NCBI RefSeq assembly: GCF_006345805.1
Contig: NC_043026.1
Span: 4,836,001-4,900,000 of the forward strand
Direction: 5' to 3'
DNA length: 64,000 bases
Source of the DNA: Octopus sinensis
Lineage: Eukaryota
Shown one piece after another: positions 1 through 11,302 of this stretch (position 1 is the first letter of the stretch; each line of letters starts with the position of its first letter). A model generated the notes under the pieces. The model made no database searches. It was not told the DNA's origin and saw nothing but the letters and a program-made list of their open reading frames with translations. The translations under genes and the position numbers were made by a program.

Positions 1-433
1 AAATTTAAAACTGTAATTTGAGAGAAAATTGCCTACTACCTCTAGCAGGTTGAGAAACCAGGTAAAGGCTACGGCTATATCTCTTTGTTGTTCTTTAAAG
101 CCCAGAGCAGACCTATGATAAAAGTTGTTTGCAAGAATATTAGGAATCCTATGACCGGTTAATGGAAAAGAAATACTATATATTATATGTTGATAAACGA
201 AGGAAAGATTTTGTGTTTCGCGTGTGATGTTTTAGTTTATCAAATTTTAGTATCAATTTGTTTGGTGGTTGTGCAAGCTTTCTTTATTTGATGTTGTGCT
301 ACTGTCGTCTTCTTTGTCATACGAGTTATTTTCGGTGTGGTTATGAATTGCTCCTAGTTTTGTTTGTTTTAATTATTCTCGTATTTGAAGTCATGAAATG
401 TAATTTCTTTTATTTTACCAACAAATGAAATAC

Positions 434-477
434 CTTCATGGAATCGTTTGACCTGTTTGAAATAACATTCTCTGCTC
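434..477 (-). CDS. Candidate isolated 44-bp exon, gene unknown
   Basis: Minus strand reads tgttgttctgcag|GAGCAGAGAATGTTATTTCAAACAGGTCAAACGATTCCATGAAG|gtattt: canonical AG/GT, open in two frames. No partner exon identified. Confidence 0.2.
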
Positions 478-694
478 CTGCAGAACAACAACAACAATAC
501 AAAAACGATAAACAACAACAATTACGACATTTAAAATAAAACAACTTTTGAAAATATATGATGAATATAGTGGGATACCTATTTCTTCACTACCCACAAG
601 GGGCTAAACACAGAGGGGCAAACAAGGACACCTTGAAAAGGTAAAATAAAGGGAAGAGAAAATCGGCGGGAGAAAGCGACACGTCCGATTGTCA

Positions 695-795
695 CACACA
701 CACACACACTCTCTCTCTCTCTCTCTTTCTTTCTCTTTTCTCTCTCTCTCTCTCTTTCTTTCTTTCTCTCTCTCTCTCTCTCTTATACTCTTTCT
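695..795. repeat. (CA)n/(CT)n microsatellite
   Basis: Direct dinucleotide repeats; explains the spurious ORF 604..810. Confidence 0.95.
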
Positions 796-1089
796 GTCTC
801 GAAAACCCATTTCATTAAGAAGTAATAATGCAAAAGAAAAAAAATAACTTAAAATTATATAAATATATATATGTTCATATATGTGAATGTAGGAGTATTT
901 CTTTTACGAATTTATGTCTAAAGATAAGAATCGAGTCAAACGTTGGCATCAAAAGCTCCAATTTAAGAACCGATTATTTCTGAAAACACACTGATTCATT
1001 TTTTTGTATGGGAATACGGTGAGGAAACAAAGATTTGCTTTAAGGCGGTAATAATATGTTTAAATAAGTGAAATATTTCAAGGTTACCC

Positions 1090-1120
<31 letters not shown>

Positions 1121-1124
1121 CTGT

Positions 1125-1833
1125 GGCATAACTACAGATGAACACCCCATCGACTTTGTTTCCTAATAACTTCCAGGAAAATGGATATTTTTAATGAAAC
1201 TTCCACTTTCATTTTCTAAGAGAAAAGGATGCTCTCAAAAGAATCCTCTTTTACAAAGCTCTTATTTAAATCCCTGTGGATAAATCCCAGCAAGAATCTT
1301 CTCAGGCTCTCCAATATTTTACGATTATATAAAGAGAAAGAATCGGGGGCCAGGAAGTGGGGCTAAAAATAATCAGAGATTTTTAAAATATTCTTTTTAT
1401 TTTTTTGTAACGTAAATGTGTTTCTGAGGGAAAAAATGAGAAAAAAAAAGAAGACAAGGAGGGTGGTGTGCTAGAAACAACAGCCAAATCTCCCTTAAAT
1501 CACACACTTTTTCCCTTGACCCCTTACAAAACATTTTGCCAACAAATTTCTTTTAATCGTAATCTACATCATTTGAAAGTTATTTCTATAAAATTTCATT
1601 CAAAAATACCCATTTTCCTGAAATTTATGAGGAGGGAAAATGTCTCGTTGTGTGAATTTCGCGAAACTCCTTTCCGCAACCCTTCAGAAAATGTTTTTCC
1701 AACAAATCCTTACAAAAACTCAATCTACAGGATCTAAACGATTATTTGTTGAAAGTTTCCTTCAAAAAATATCCATTTTTCTGCAAGTTATGAGGAAACA
1801 AAGTCGGTGGGGGTATATATCTGTAGTTATGCC
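1125..1833. mobile_element. Non-autonomous inverted-repeat element (MITE-like), copy 1
   Basis: About 70-bp imperfect inverted repeats: ggcataactacagat...gactttgtttcct...aaaatggatattttt (1125-1192) versus the reverse complement ending atctgtagttatgcc at 1833. Internal subrepeats of aaaaatatccatttt.ctgcaagttat. Confidence 0.55.
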
Positions 1834-2932
1834 GAATTTGCTTCCTCACAACTTTCGCAAAATTAAATGTTTTTTAATGAAATTTTCTACAAATATTCTT
1901 CAGATGGTTTAGATTCCGATTAAATCGGAATTCATTGTGAAAACCGTTTGTCCCTGGGTGGGAAAAGCAGTTTTAGAAAATTCACAAGATTTGCCTTTGT
2001 TATGAAAGAAAAAAAGTTTTTCCTATAAATCCCCATAGAATCGGAATCTACACCATCTGAAGCATATTTGTAAGAAATTCCATGAAAAATATCCATTTCC
2101 CTGCAAGTTATTACGGAAGAAGCATATACATCATCAAGGAACCTTTATACACATGTATATTTATATATACCTACATATACACACATGTCTTTGCTATGTT
2201 TTTTAAACACATAAAACTCATAGATGCATACTTTTATAATATTTTGCACTTAAACCGCAAGAGGACAATATTTTCAGAGTTGCTTCTTAAAGTGTCCTTC
2301 ACTTTTTTGATGAAAAACGATACAAATTTCAGAGTATTTGGCTGTTATTTCTAGCATGATGTTAGGCCGTAAATTGTCCTTCGATTTTTATTTGTGATGA
2401 AACAAAAATGTGAAGGTTTAGGTGGCTCTTTCTAGCATGAAATGAGACCATATACAGGTCAATTTTATTTATGAATGCTTCTTATCTGTCCTTCAAATTT
2501 TATATGAAAAATAAAGTGGTTTCTATTTCTAGCGTGAAAAATGACCAGCTATGGGAAAGCTTTTACTGAATGCTTCTTAAAGTGTCCTTCTCTTTTTTTA
2601 TGAACCCCCAACAACAACCCTACGAGGACGAAAGGCAATGTTTGTGCGTGTGTGCAGTTGGAATGTCACTGCAACAACAACAACAACAACAACAATCTAT
2701 TCTTATTAAACGTTAAAAACTGTCAGATGCAGACTGCACACACGCACACACAACGCTGATGACGACGATGATGATGACGATGATGACGATGATGATGATG
2801 GTGGTGGTGATGATGATGACGACGATGATGATGATGGTGGTGGTGGCGGTGGTCGTCTGCCTTTTAATGGAGAATCAATGATTATGAAAGTCTCTGGTTT
2901 CGGACCAGACATTCCTATACATACATGCATGC

Positions 2933-2982
<50 letters not shown>

Positions 2983-2990
2983 CATCCTGT

Positions 2991-3700
2991 GGCATAACTA
3001 CAGATGAACACCCCATCGACTTTGTTTCCTAATAACTTCCAGGAAAATGGATATTTTTAATGAAACTTCCACTTTCATTTTCTAAGAGAAAAGGATGCTC
3101 TCAAAAGAAATCCTCTTTTACAAAGCTCTTATTTAAATCCCTGTGGATAAATCCCAGCAAGAATCTTCTCAGGCTCTCCAATATTTTACGATTATATAAA
3201 GAGAAAGAATCGGGGGCCAGGAAGTGGGGCTAAAAATAATCAGAGATTTTTAAAATATTCTTTTTATTTTTTTGTAACGTAAATGTGTTTCTGAGGGAAA
3301 AAATGAGAAAAAAAAAGAAGACAAGGAGGGTGGTGTGCTAGAAACAACAGCCAAATCTCCCTTAAATCACACACTTTTTCCCTTGACCCCTTACAAAACA
3401 TTTTGCCAACAAATTTCTTTTAATCGTAATCTACATCATTTGAAAGTTATTTCTATAAAATTTCATTCAAAAATACCCATTTTCCTGAAATTTATGAGGA
3501 GGGAAAATGTCTCGTTGTGTGAATTTCGCGAAACTCCTTTCCGCAACCCTTCAGAAAATGTTTTTCCAACAAATCCTTACAAAAACTCAATCTACAGGAT
3601 CTAAACGATTATTTGTTGAAAGTTTCCTTCAAAAAATATCCATTTTTCTGCAAGTTATGAGGAAACAAAGTCGGTGGGGGTATATATCTGTAGTTATGCC
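2991..3700. mobile_element. Non-autonomous inverted-repeat element (MITE-like), copy 2
   Basis: Same element within the second tandem unit. Confidence 0.55.
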
Positions 3701-4787
3701 GAATTTGCTTCCTCACAACTTTCGCAAAATTAAATGTTTTTTAATGAAATTTTCTACAAATATTCTTCAGATGGTTTAGATTCCGATTAAATCGGAATTC
3801 ATTGTGAAAACCGTTTGTCCCTGGGTGGGAAAAGCAGTTTTAGAAAATTCACAAGATTTGCCTTTGTTATGAAAGAAAAAAAGTTTTTCCTATAAATCCC
3901 CATAGAATCGGAATCTACACCATCTGAAGCATATTTGTAAGAAATTCCATGAAAAATATCCATTTCCCTGCAAGTTATTACGGAAGAAGCATATACATCA
4001 TAAAGGAACATTTATACACATGTATATTTATATATACCTACATATACACACATGTCTTTGCTATGTTTTTTAAACACATCAAACTCATAGATGCATACTT
4101 TTATAATATTTTACACTTAAACCGCCACAGGACAATATTTTCAGAGTTGCTTCTTAAAGTGTCCTTCACTTTTTTGATGAAAAACGATACAAATTTCAGA
4201 GTATTTGGCTGTTATTTCTAGCATGATGTTAGGCCGTAAATTGTCCTTCGATTTTTATTTGTGATGAAACAAAAATGTGAAGGTTTAGGTGGCTCTTTCT
4301 AGCATGAAATGAGACCATATACAGGTCAATTTTATTTATGAATGCTTCTTATCTGTCCTTCAAATTTTATATGAAAAATAAAGTGGTTTCTATTTCTAGC
4401 GTGAAAAATGACCAGCTATGGGAAAGCTTTTACTGAATGCTTCTTAAAGTGTCCTTCTCTTTTTTTATGAACCCCCAACAACAACCCTACGAGGACGAAA
4501 GGCAATGTTTGTGCGTGTGTGCAGTTGGAATGTCACTGCAACAACAACAACAACAACAACAATCTATTCTTATTAAACGTTAAAAACTGTCAGATGCAGA
4601 CTGCACACACGCACACACAACGCTGATGACGACGATGATGATGATGGTGATGATGATGATGATGATGGTGATGATGACGACGATGATGATGATGGTGGTG
4701 GTGGCGGTGGTCGTCTGCCTTTTAATGGAGAATCAATGATTATGAAAGTCTCTGGTTTCGGACCAGACATTCCTATACATACATGCA

Positions 4788-4850
<63 letters not shown>

Positions 4851-4992
4851 AACATACATACTTATAGCCTTATTTCTATACATACATTCCTAAATATGTG
4901 TGTATATATATATAAACACATGTACATATATTGTATAATTAATATACATACACACACAAAGAGAGAGTGTTAAGGAATGTTACAACAATAAG

Positions 4993-5076
4993 TGTTAGTG
5001 TGTAGAATGCAATGTATGCGATGCAGGTTCGATTCCCGGGTGAAGCCATTTACAAGAAGAAGAAGAAGAAGAAGGA
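4993..5076 (+). mobile_element. Degenerate tRNA-derived fragment or SINE with (AAG)n tail
   Basis: B-box-like ggttcgattcccgg at about 5027-5040, followed by agcca and an (aag)n run. No complete cloverleaf. Confidence 0.35.
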
Positions 5077-5087
5077 GAAGATTGAAG

Positions 5088-5093
5088 TTTAAT
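5088..5093 (-). promoter_or_regulatory. Possible polyadenylation signal (ATTAAA) of the 1793-aa gene
   Basis: ATTAAA on the minus strand about 15 nt after the stop codon; AT-rich context makes chance occurrence likely. Confidence 0.25.
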
Positions 5094-5107
5094 GTTTCTG
5101 GAAATAT

Positions 5108-8100
5108 TTATTTGTCAAAATAAAAGAAAGCAAAAGATTGACGTCCAGGAATAATTCCAAAAACCATCAAAGAATTGTCTGAAACATCCAAACCAAGAAC
5201 TTCAAAGACTTCATTATCATCCCATCTGAGGAGTAAATATTTTGGATTATCTTTTAATCCCAGGATTTCATCATCTTCAGATGTTTCCTCTTCAATATGT
5301 CGAGGTATTTCGTAAATATTGTTTATTAAATCTGTTATATAAACACATTCACCAATTATGGTCAGACGAGGTCTTGGAATATAATCTTCCGGACCTAAAA
5401 TTATTCCTCTTTCTATTCTTATCTTCCTCACCAAAGACTTTTCCCTGAACCATTCCACAAAACACAAATATTCCCAAAATTCTAACTCCTCCTCCTCCTC
5501 CATCTCCCTCCTCACAACAACAACATCACCAAAAGATGTGACTCCCACACCATCCACCCCTTCATCTCCCTCCAACCTTCCCCATCTCCCCATCTTCCCA
5601 CGACATACTTCATCTTTACATTTCCCATCTTTGATATCAACCACATCCACATAATAAGGGTCAAAGATGTAGGGGTCATTGCAAACATAGTAATCCTTGT
5701 TGTTCTCCCACATTCTTTCGTATTTCTTGTGTCTCTCTTCTTGAGTTATGTCTCTAATATAATGACCACCACACACGAGTTGATTGTCGTTGTATTTATA
5801 AATCCTGTTGTAGTATTTCTCAGTTCTGATGGTTTTTAAACGACGGAGATCCCTGTCAAAGACCCTCATTTCTCTCCCAAAGGCGACAATGAAACATTCC
5901 TCTGTCCACCGACAAATGTCCAGTGGTGGTCGTTGTTGTTGTTCATGTTGAAGTATGTCCACTGTTGTTGTTGTTGTTCTGATTAATGTGACACTTTCTC
6001 GAAACATCAACACACTCACATTCTCATCTAACTTAATTAGTTTACTGTTCCGGTCCCTAATGTCCCTCAAATCATAATCAACAGGTTCCTCGAATGCAGG
6101 AATGGAAAAAGGGACCATTGCTGTCCTATATGGAAGTCTCCTCACTGATATTTCATCAATTCCTGAATTATTAATCTCCGCTATGTAATTACCACATCTC
6201 ACCTTTAATCTACCTTTACCAATTATTTCACCTGATTTACCTCTTCTCCCTCCATCTCCATCTCCTCCTCTGTGTTCCAATTTATTAATTAATTCATTAC
6301 TGAATATTTCCTTGTTTGTTTCAGATGTAATGGAAGGGAAACGAAGACCAGAATCAAGATTTAATGACGACACAGATTCCAGAATGTTCACTTGGTCCCC
6401 ATCAATCTTTATGCAATGACATTCAATCAATTCAATATGTACACACCAGTAAATACCCGCCACTTTTCTCCATATTACACCATAAGGGATGAGACTCAAC
6501 CAAACTTGAGATGTCTGCAAATCTTCTCCATTCAGTTGAAATATTTCTTTCCTGTTAGGAACTGTGGCCATTATGTGTGATTCTTGTGTAAAACACACAC
6601 CACCAACTAAACTTGCAACATTTCTGTGACGTAGCAACTGGCCGTCTTCATCGAATATTTTAACATTTCCATTATTGGCTTTTTCACACACAACTGTCTT
6701 TCCTTCCTCAGAGACATCAAAATCTTTTACTTGAACAGGACATTCGTCTGTTTGTAAACGAGCAACCGGGAAGCTGTCTCGATTCACCGTAAACAACCCT
6801 TCAACATACAATTCATTCGTTCCCCTCATGGGGCTTCCAACAAACCTTGGTCCTTTACAGTCTATACTGGAGAAATCTACTTCTTCTTTATAGATTCTTT
6901 TATTTAAAAATATTCTCTTGTATTCCCCATTCTGGGTCAAACACAAAATGTTTCGATATTCAGATGAACCAGAACATTTCTCCCACCCACATTGAATGTA
7001 CAAAAAACTGTCATCAATTGTCATCCTGTCATCACCAGAATAATCATCCATGTAGTGTCTGACTGAATGTAAATATTGACCACCACTGTTGAAGAAAATG
7101 ATGAATCTCCTGTTGAAGACAATGATGACATCTTCATCAGTAACTTTAATATCCTGGATTCTATCAGAATAATTTCCATCTTCGTCTCTCCTTATTAATA
7201 GTTCAGGTATGTCTATTTTTTTTTTTTCCTCCACACTCGAATGTATTTCATCAATATCAACAAAATGCAAATGTCTTCCATCTCCCCATTCACTAAAAAC
7301 CAGTTGATTGTTTGATAAAGAAGCCACACAATTATATTTATTTCTCGTTTGGTAAATTACCAATGACAATGGAAATTCCACTTTTAATGTCAACAGTTGG
7401 GATTTATTAGAAAGATCAAAAATATCCCTCATCGTAATGACCAGTGTGTTTGACTGCCATCGACACATTTTAATATATCTATAAACATTCACTTTGATTG
7501 AATCCATAAGGTGACCATCCAATGTGAATATCTTAATGTTTCCATTCTCCTTGTCACATCCTGCAATCAGATTATTTTCAGTAAGAACCAAATGATTAAT
7601 CCTCGCTGGTCCTTTGTCTCCCAAATGTTTAGGGAGAGGAATATGTCTGGCTTTATCAGAAACTGTCAGGTCCTGTAGATATAAAGTGGAAGACAACATT
7701 TCACTGAGAGAAATGTTTCTGGAAAATACATCCACCAGGTCGATATAATAATTAAGTTGATTATTAGTAACGAGATCATTAACCAACAAATTCTGATCAT
7801 TTATGGCAAACATATGGCTTCTGTCTATCAGATAAACAGACGTTTGGTCAATTGATCCACCTTGGAGACTGAGGGGACGTTTCACTTGGGACATTAAAAC
7901 ACTGGGAACCATCTGACAACCGCCATGACCACCACCACCTATTCTAGTGTTGTACTGAAAAGCTTTTCCCCTAGTAACAATTAATAGCTTTTCTGTTTTC
8001 TTGTCTATTGATAATGATTTCACAAAAACAGGGATATTAATTGTCTTAATTACTTCCACTTGATTATAATAATTGATGGCTAAAATGTCTAAATGTGATG

Positions 8101-10489
8101 GTTTATCACAATAACAAACAATTTCACCTTCACCCATCTTACACACCCGTACATAAGGCTGCCTTAACGATACACTTCTCACTGTCTTTGATATGTTTCC
8201 AATGACCCTTAATTGTTTCTGTAGGGGTAATGTGACCCCTATATGATTAGAATCCCATCGACATATATCTGTGGCTGTAGACGGCAGAGATAATCTGGAC
8301 ACAACGTCTCCTTCCTCAGAAATGTACAACAAGCAATCATGCTTGATGTCGGACACCACCAACTGTCCATTGGACAGATTACATATTTCGCCAATTACAA
8401 GTTTTTGGTCATTCTCCTTTTCTTTGAGTCGTAGATTTAGATTTCTGATATAAGGACTTTTCGTGGGTAAACGACAGCCAGACGACCGGTCTTGATACTT
8501 GTAAAGAAGAACCCTGTTGAGTTGAGTGTCCGGGACATAAAGAGTTCCTTGGAAAACAGCAATGTGAGGGTGAACAGGGAAAGGCAGTTCCCACTGCCAT
8601 TTCATTTGTCCATATAGATCGTAACATCTGAGAATAGAGTGTCTCCTGAAGAGGACATAGAAATAAACATTATCAGAGTAGATGTGATGAGGGTGGCCAT
8701 AGAATGGAAGGTATTTTTGAAAAAGTTCTTCACCATATGTGGAATAAAATACCATTTTATTTTCGTTTCCATCTACGACTACAAAATTAATTGGAGTTGC
8801 AGCAATGCTGACATTATGATGTCCCAGAGAAATTCTTTCTGCAATGTCAACTTTATCTTCGTTGATCAATAGGATATGGACCTCGCTTTTGTTTCCACTT
8901 GTGGCTAGAGCTAAACACTTATTTGATACAAAATGACATAGTTTAATGTAATCAGTATGGACTTTCATTAAAGGGCCTTTCATTAGCCCAGGGCATGTGA
9001 TACACTGAAATTCTTTGTTTTCATGGTAAAACACCAAAAATCCTTTAGAATTCATTCTACAAAAGCAAGAAGGAATCTCAGGGAAAGTTGAATTATTTTG
9101 GTTAATTATTTCTCCAGTCTCAGTGAATAATATAGCTTTATTATTCCTGTAGAATATTAATATAGAAGATGTAGACATAGGTAGAATATTAGTAATGTTG
9201 TAGCAATCCTCAATATAAATATAGTTGTTCAATGTTGGGGTCCATAGCTGGGGGTTATATGACTGCCTGGGCCAAAAGTCTTCATTTGTTCCAATGATAT
9301 AAAGGACATCAAAATAATCGGTTACAAAAATGTTTTCTTTGCCAACAGAAATATGGCGGCATTTCATGCCAATTTCTCTTGTTGTCACAGCACCTGTACC
9401 CGATATCTGATAAATAATATGTCCCTGAAGGACATAAAAATGGTTTTGGTACACAGAGATGTGGCTTGGAATGTCCAGGGAATTTGTATCCACCTCAAAT
9501 AACTGCTGGCCATCCACATTGTAACAGGTAACCCTGTTAATATTGGAAAAGGATACTAAGAGTTTATTTTGTGCTCCTACAGCAATATCTGAAGGGGTTT
9601 CTTTCGTTATGAATTCGTATTTTATTCTATTCTCTTCCCAGTCAATGACGTATATGGTCTGACCAAACATTTCTACACCTATAAGCGTGGAATGTTCCAA
9701 ATAAGAAACCAAGATTAATCCTAGCTGAATTCTTTTGATTTCAAAACTTAAAGGGTTGATAATAAGAATCATTTTTCGAAATGGGAGGGTGGCCAGGACT
9801 GTGTCTTGACTGATTCTGGTAAAATCAGTGACAGAAGATGAGCAATGAACTTCATTTCTGTTGCCGACTCTTGTTATACAACATATTGTCATACAGTAGT
9901 GGGAATATGTTACAATACCCCCTTGTATGACAACAATATTGGATATTGGGTTGCTTAAGTCTTCACCAGATTCCTCAATCTCTACTTCTCTGGTCACAAC
10001 TGGCCGAAGAGGACGAAATTTTGTGATTACTTTTGGTGGTTCAATGGTCTTGTGGTTGTATGGGTTACAGGTGACATAAATGTCAAAGAGTCTTTGTTGA
10101 AACCAATCAAGGTTTTGGTGAACAAAATCATTATTTTGTTCTGCAATTTCCAGAAATCTTGGCATTTTACGTTTGATATTACGTAAAATTCGAGATCCAT
10201 TTAAACCCAGAGAGTCCATGTGATTACATTTATCCTTTACATAATCTATAAACGTATTGATGTGGTCTGTTTTGATTAGTGCTCGGTAACATGTCACAAT
10301 ATGAAGGAAACTTGGTAACATGGACTTTTCCTGTTCTTTAGATTTCTTTGTGTCTTTTCTTTCCTGTTCTCTTTTCTTTGTGTTTTGTGTATGTAATATT
10401 TGGGGAAGAATTGGTGTAGTTTCCTTATAAATTGCTGTTGTGGCAGGAATGAGAGCCAACATTTTGTTTTCTTCATTAATCTTCTCCAT
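5108..10489 (-). CDS. Intronless 1793-aa protein with six tandem NHL/TolB-like beta-propeller modules
   Basis: 5.4-kb uninterrupted ORF with start context aaaATGG and in-frame stops just upstream. Blade motifs typical of molluscan NHL-type propellers (IGEICNLSNGQLVVSD, PSDIAVGAQNKLLVS, NIKIFTLDG, NVKIFDEDG). A D-I-C-R-W-like motif recurs about every 230-290 aa. No RING or B-box seen. Confidence 0.85.
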   Translation of the reverse strand: MEKINEENKMLALIPATTAIYKETTPILPQILHTQNTKKREQERKDTKKSKEQEKSMLPSFLHIVTCYRALIKTDHINTFIDYVKDKCNHMDSLGLNGSRILRNIKRKMPRFLEIAEQNNDFVHQNLDWFQQRLFDIYVTCNPYNHKTIEPPKVITKFRPLRPVVTREVEIEESGEDLSNPISNIVVIQGGIVTYSHYCMTICCITRVGNRNEVHCSSSVTDFTRISQDTVLATLPFRKMILIINPLSFEIKRIQLGLILVSYLEHSTLIGVEMFGQTIYVIDWEENRIKYEFITKETPSDIAVGAQNKLLVSFSNINRVTCYNVDGQQLFEVDTNSLDIPSHISVYQNHFYVLQGHIIYQISGTGAVTTREIGMKCRHISVGKENIFVTDYFDVLYIIGTNEDFWPRQSYNPQLWTPTLNNYIYIEDCYNITNILPMSTSSILIFYRNNKAILFTETGEIINQNNSTFPEIPSCFCRMNSKGFLVFYHENKEFQCITCPGLMKGPLMKVHTDYIKLCHFVSNKCLALATSGNKSEVHILLINEDKVDIAERISLGHHNVSIAATPINFVVVDGNENKMVFYSTYGEELFQKYLPFYGHPHHIYSDNVYFYVLFRRHSILRCYDLYGQMKWQWELPFPVHPHIAVFQGTLYVPDTQLNRVLLYKYQDRSSGCRLPTKSPYIRNLNLRLKEKENDQKLVIGEICNLSNGQLVVSDIKHDCLLYISEEGDVVSRLSLPSTATDICRWDSNHIGVTLPLQKQLRVIGNISKTVRSVSLRQPYVRVCKMGEGEIVCYCDKPSHLDILAINYYNQVEVIKTINIPVFVKSLSIDKKTEKLLIVTRGKAFQYNTRIGGGGHGGCQMVPSVLMSQVKRPLSLQGGSIDQTSVYLIDRSHMFAINDQNLLVNDLVTNNQLNYYIDLVDVFSRNISLSEMLSSTLYLQDLTVSDKARHIPLPKHLGDKGPARINHLVLTENNLIAGCDKENGNIKIFTLDGHLMDSIKVNVYRYIKMCRWQSNTLVITMRDIFDLSNKSQLLTLKVEFPLSLVIYQTRNKYNCVASLSNNQLVFSEWGDGRHLHFVDIDEIHSSVEEKKKIDIPELLIRRDEDGNYSDRIQDIKVTDEDVIIVFNRRFIIFFNSGGQYLHSVRHYMDDYSGDDRMTIDDSFLYIQCGWEKCSGSSEYRNILCLTQNGEYKRIFLNKRIYKEEVDFSSIDCKGPRFVGSPMRGTNELYVEGLFTVNRDSFPVARLQTDECPVQVKDFDVSEEGKTVVCEKANNGNVKIFDEDGQLLRHRNVASLVGGVCFTQESHIMATVPNRKEIFQLNGEDLQTSQVWLSLIPYGVIWRKVAGIYWCVHIELIECHCIKIDGDQVNILESVSSLNLDSGLRFPSITSETNKEIFSNELINKLEHRGGDGDGGRRGKSGEIIGKGRLKVRCGNYIAEINNSGIDEISVRRLPYRTAMVPFSIPAFEEPVDYDLRDIRDRNSKLIKLDENVSVLMFRESVTLIRTTTTTVDILQHEQQQRPPLDICRWTEECFIVAFGREMRVFDRDLRRLKTIRTEKYYNRIYKYNDNQLVCGGHYIRDITQEERHKKYERMWENNKDYYVCNDPYIFDPYYVDVVDIKDGKCKDEVCRGKMGRWGRLEGDEGVDGVGVTSFGDVVVVRREMEEEEELEFWEYLCFVEWFREKSLVRKIRIERGIILGPEDYIPRPRLTIIGECVYITDLINNIYEIPRHIEEETSEDDEILGLKDNPKYLLLRWDDNEVFEVLGLDVSDNSLMVFGIIPGRQSFAFFYFDK

Positions 10490-10605
10490 TTTATGAATAT
10501 AGAATTATTATCTTTTTCTGTTAATATTTCTTTTCTGTGGATTTTGTTTTTCTTCCTTTGGAATACAATTTATCTCTTCAAAATTCACTAATTTTTACAT
10601 GAAAG

Positions 10606-10622
10606 CTGAATAAAATGAAAAC
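10606..10622 (-). promoter_or_regulatory. Candidate splice acceptor for the exon carrying the 1793-aa ORF
   Basis: Minus strand ttttcattttattcag|CTTTC, 116 nt upstream of the ATG; the exon would start at 10605. Confidence 0.45.
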
Positions 10623-10901
10623 TTTATTAGTTTTGTGAAAAGCTTTGATAAAATAATATTTACTTGATTCATTCAAAGAATTTCAAGGAAACACACATTT
10701 CATTAAATATATTAAACAAATTGTTTATTTGACAGTGAAGTTAAACATTTAAACTGTTTTCAATGGAATAATCATTAGAAATAAAACTTGAAGATATAAA
10801 TACACCATTATCTTTATTGACTGAATATAAGTGATGGTGAAAAGTTTTGTAGTAAGAAGGAATATAAATATTTGCTGAGGTTATTCTACAGATATTATCG
10901 G

Positions 10902-11088
10902 TAGAAATTATAGCCAGGACTGATTTCCTGCTACAACATTCATATCGAAATGTCAGACGGAAACAAACAATGAGATCAAAGAGAAAAACATCTGTTGTTT
11001 GTTCTCATTGTTTATCTCATTGTTTGTTTACATCTGACATCTCGATAGGAAAGGTTTTAGCAAAAATCAGAGCCAACTATAATTTCTA
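10902..11088. mobile_element. Hairpin MITE (about 187 bp, arms about 75 bp)
   Basis: tagaaattatag...atgtcaga..aaacaaacaatgagat (10902-10977) pairs with atctcattgtttgttt..tctgacat...ctataatttcta (to 11088); roughly 80% arm identity. Confidence 0.7.
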
Positions 11089-11292
11089 TGGAATATCAAT
11101 AGAATAATGTGAAAAACACTGCTAACAAAGTAGAATGTGGTGTTGACTTCTAAAACGATTTAATATATTTTACAGGAATTGATGGTTGCATAATGAAATA
11201 CCACGTCCCTACAAAATCAGGAATATAAGTATTATAATAATTATATGCACTGGAAATGATGTGACAGTCATGGTTGGCTTGGTTTCCATCAT

Positions 11293-11302
11293 ATTTACCT
11301 GG
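11293..11302 (-). promoter_or_regulatory. Candidate splice donor of an upstream non-coding exon
   Basis: Minus strand CCAG|gtaaat; would define an intron of about 693 bp (11298-10606) ahead of the propeller exon. Confidence 0.3.

Larger units (their letters stand above)
1117..4843. repeat. Direct tandem duplication, two units of about 1.87 kb (approx. 1117-2982 and 2983-4843)
   Basis: Both units start catcctgtggcataactacagatg (1117 and 2983) and end in (TA)n. ORF-track pairs 1468/3335, 1640/3507 and 2082/3949 are offset by 1867 and identical or nearly so. Confidence 0.97.

Noticed and set aside
4993-5050. Functional tRNA gene
   Set aside because: Only a B-box-like T-arm is recognisable; no acceptor, D or anticodon stems.
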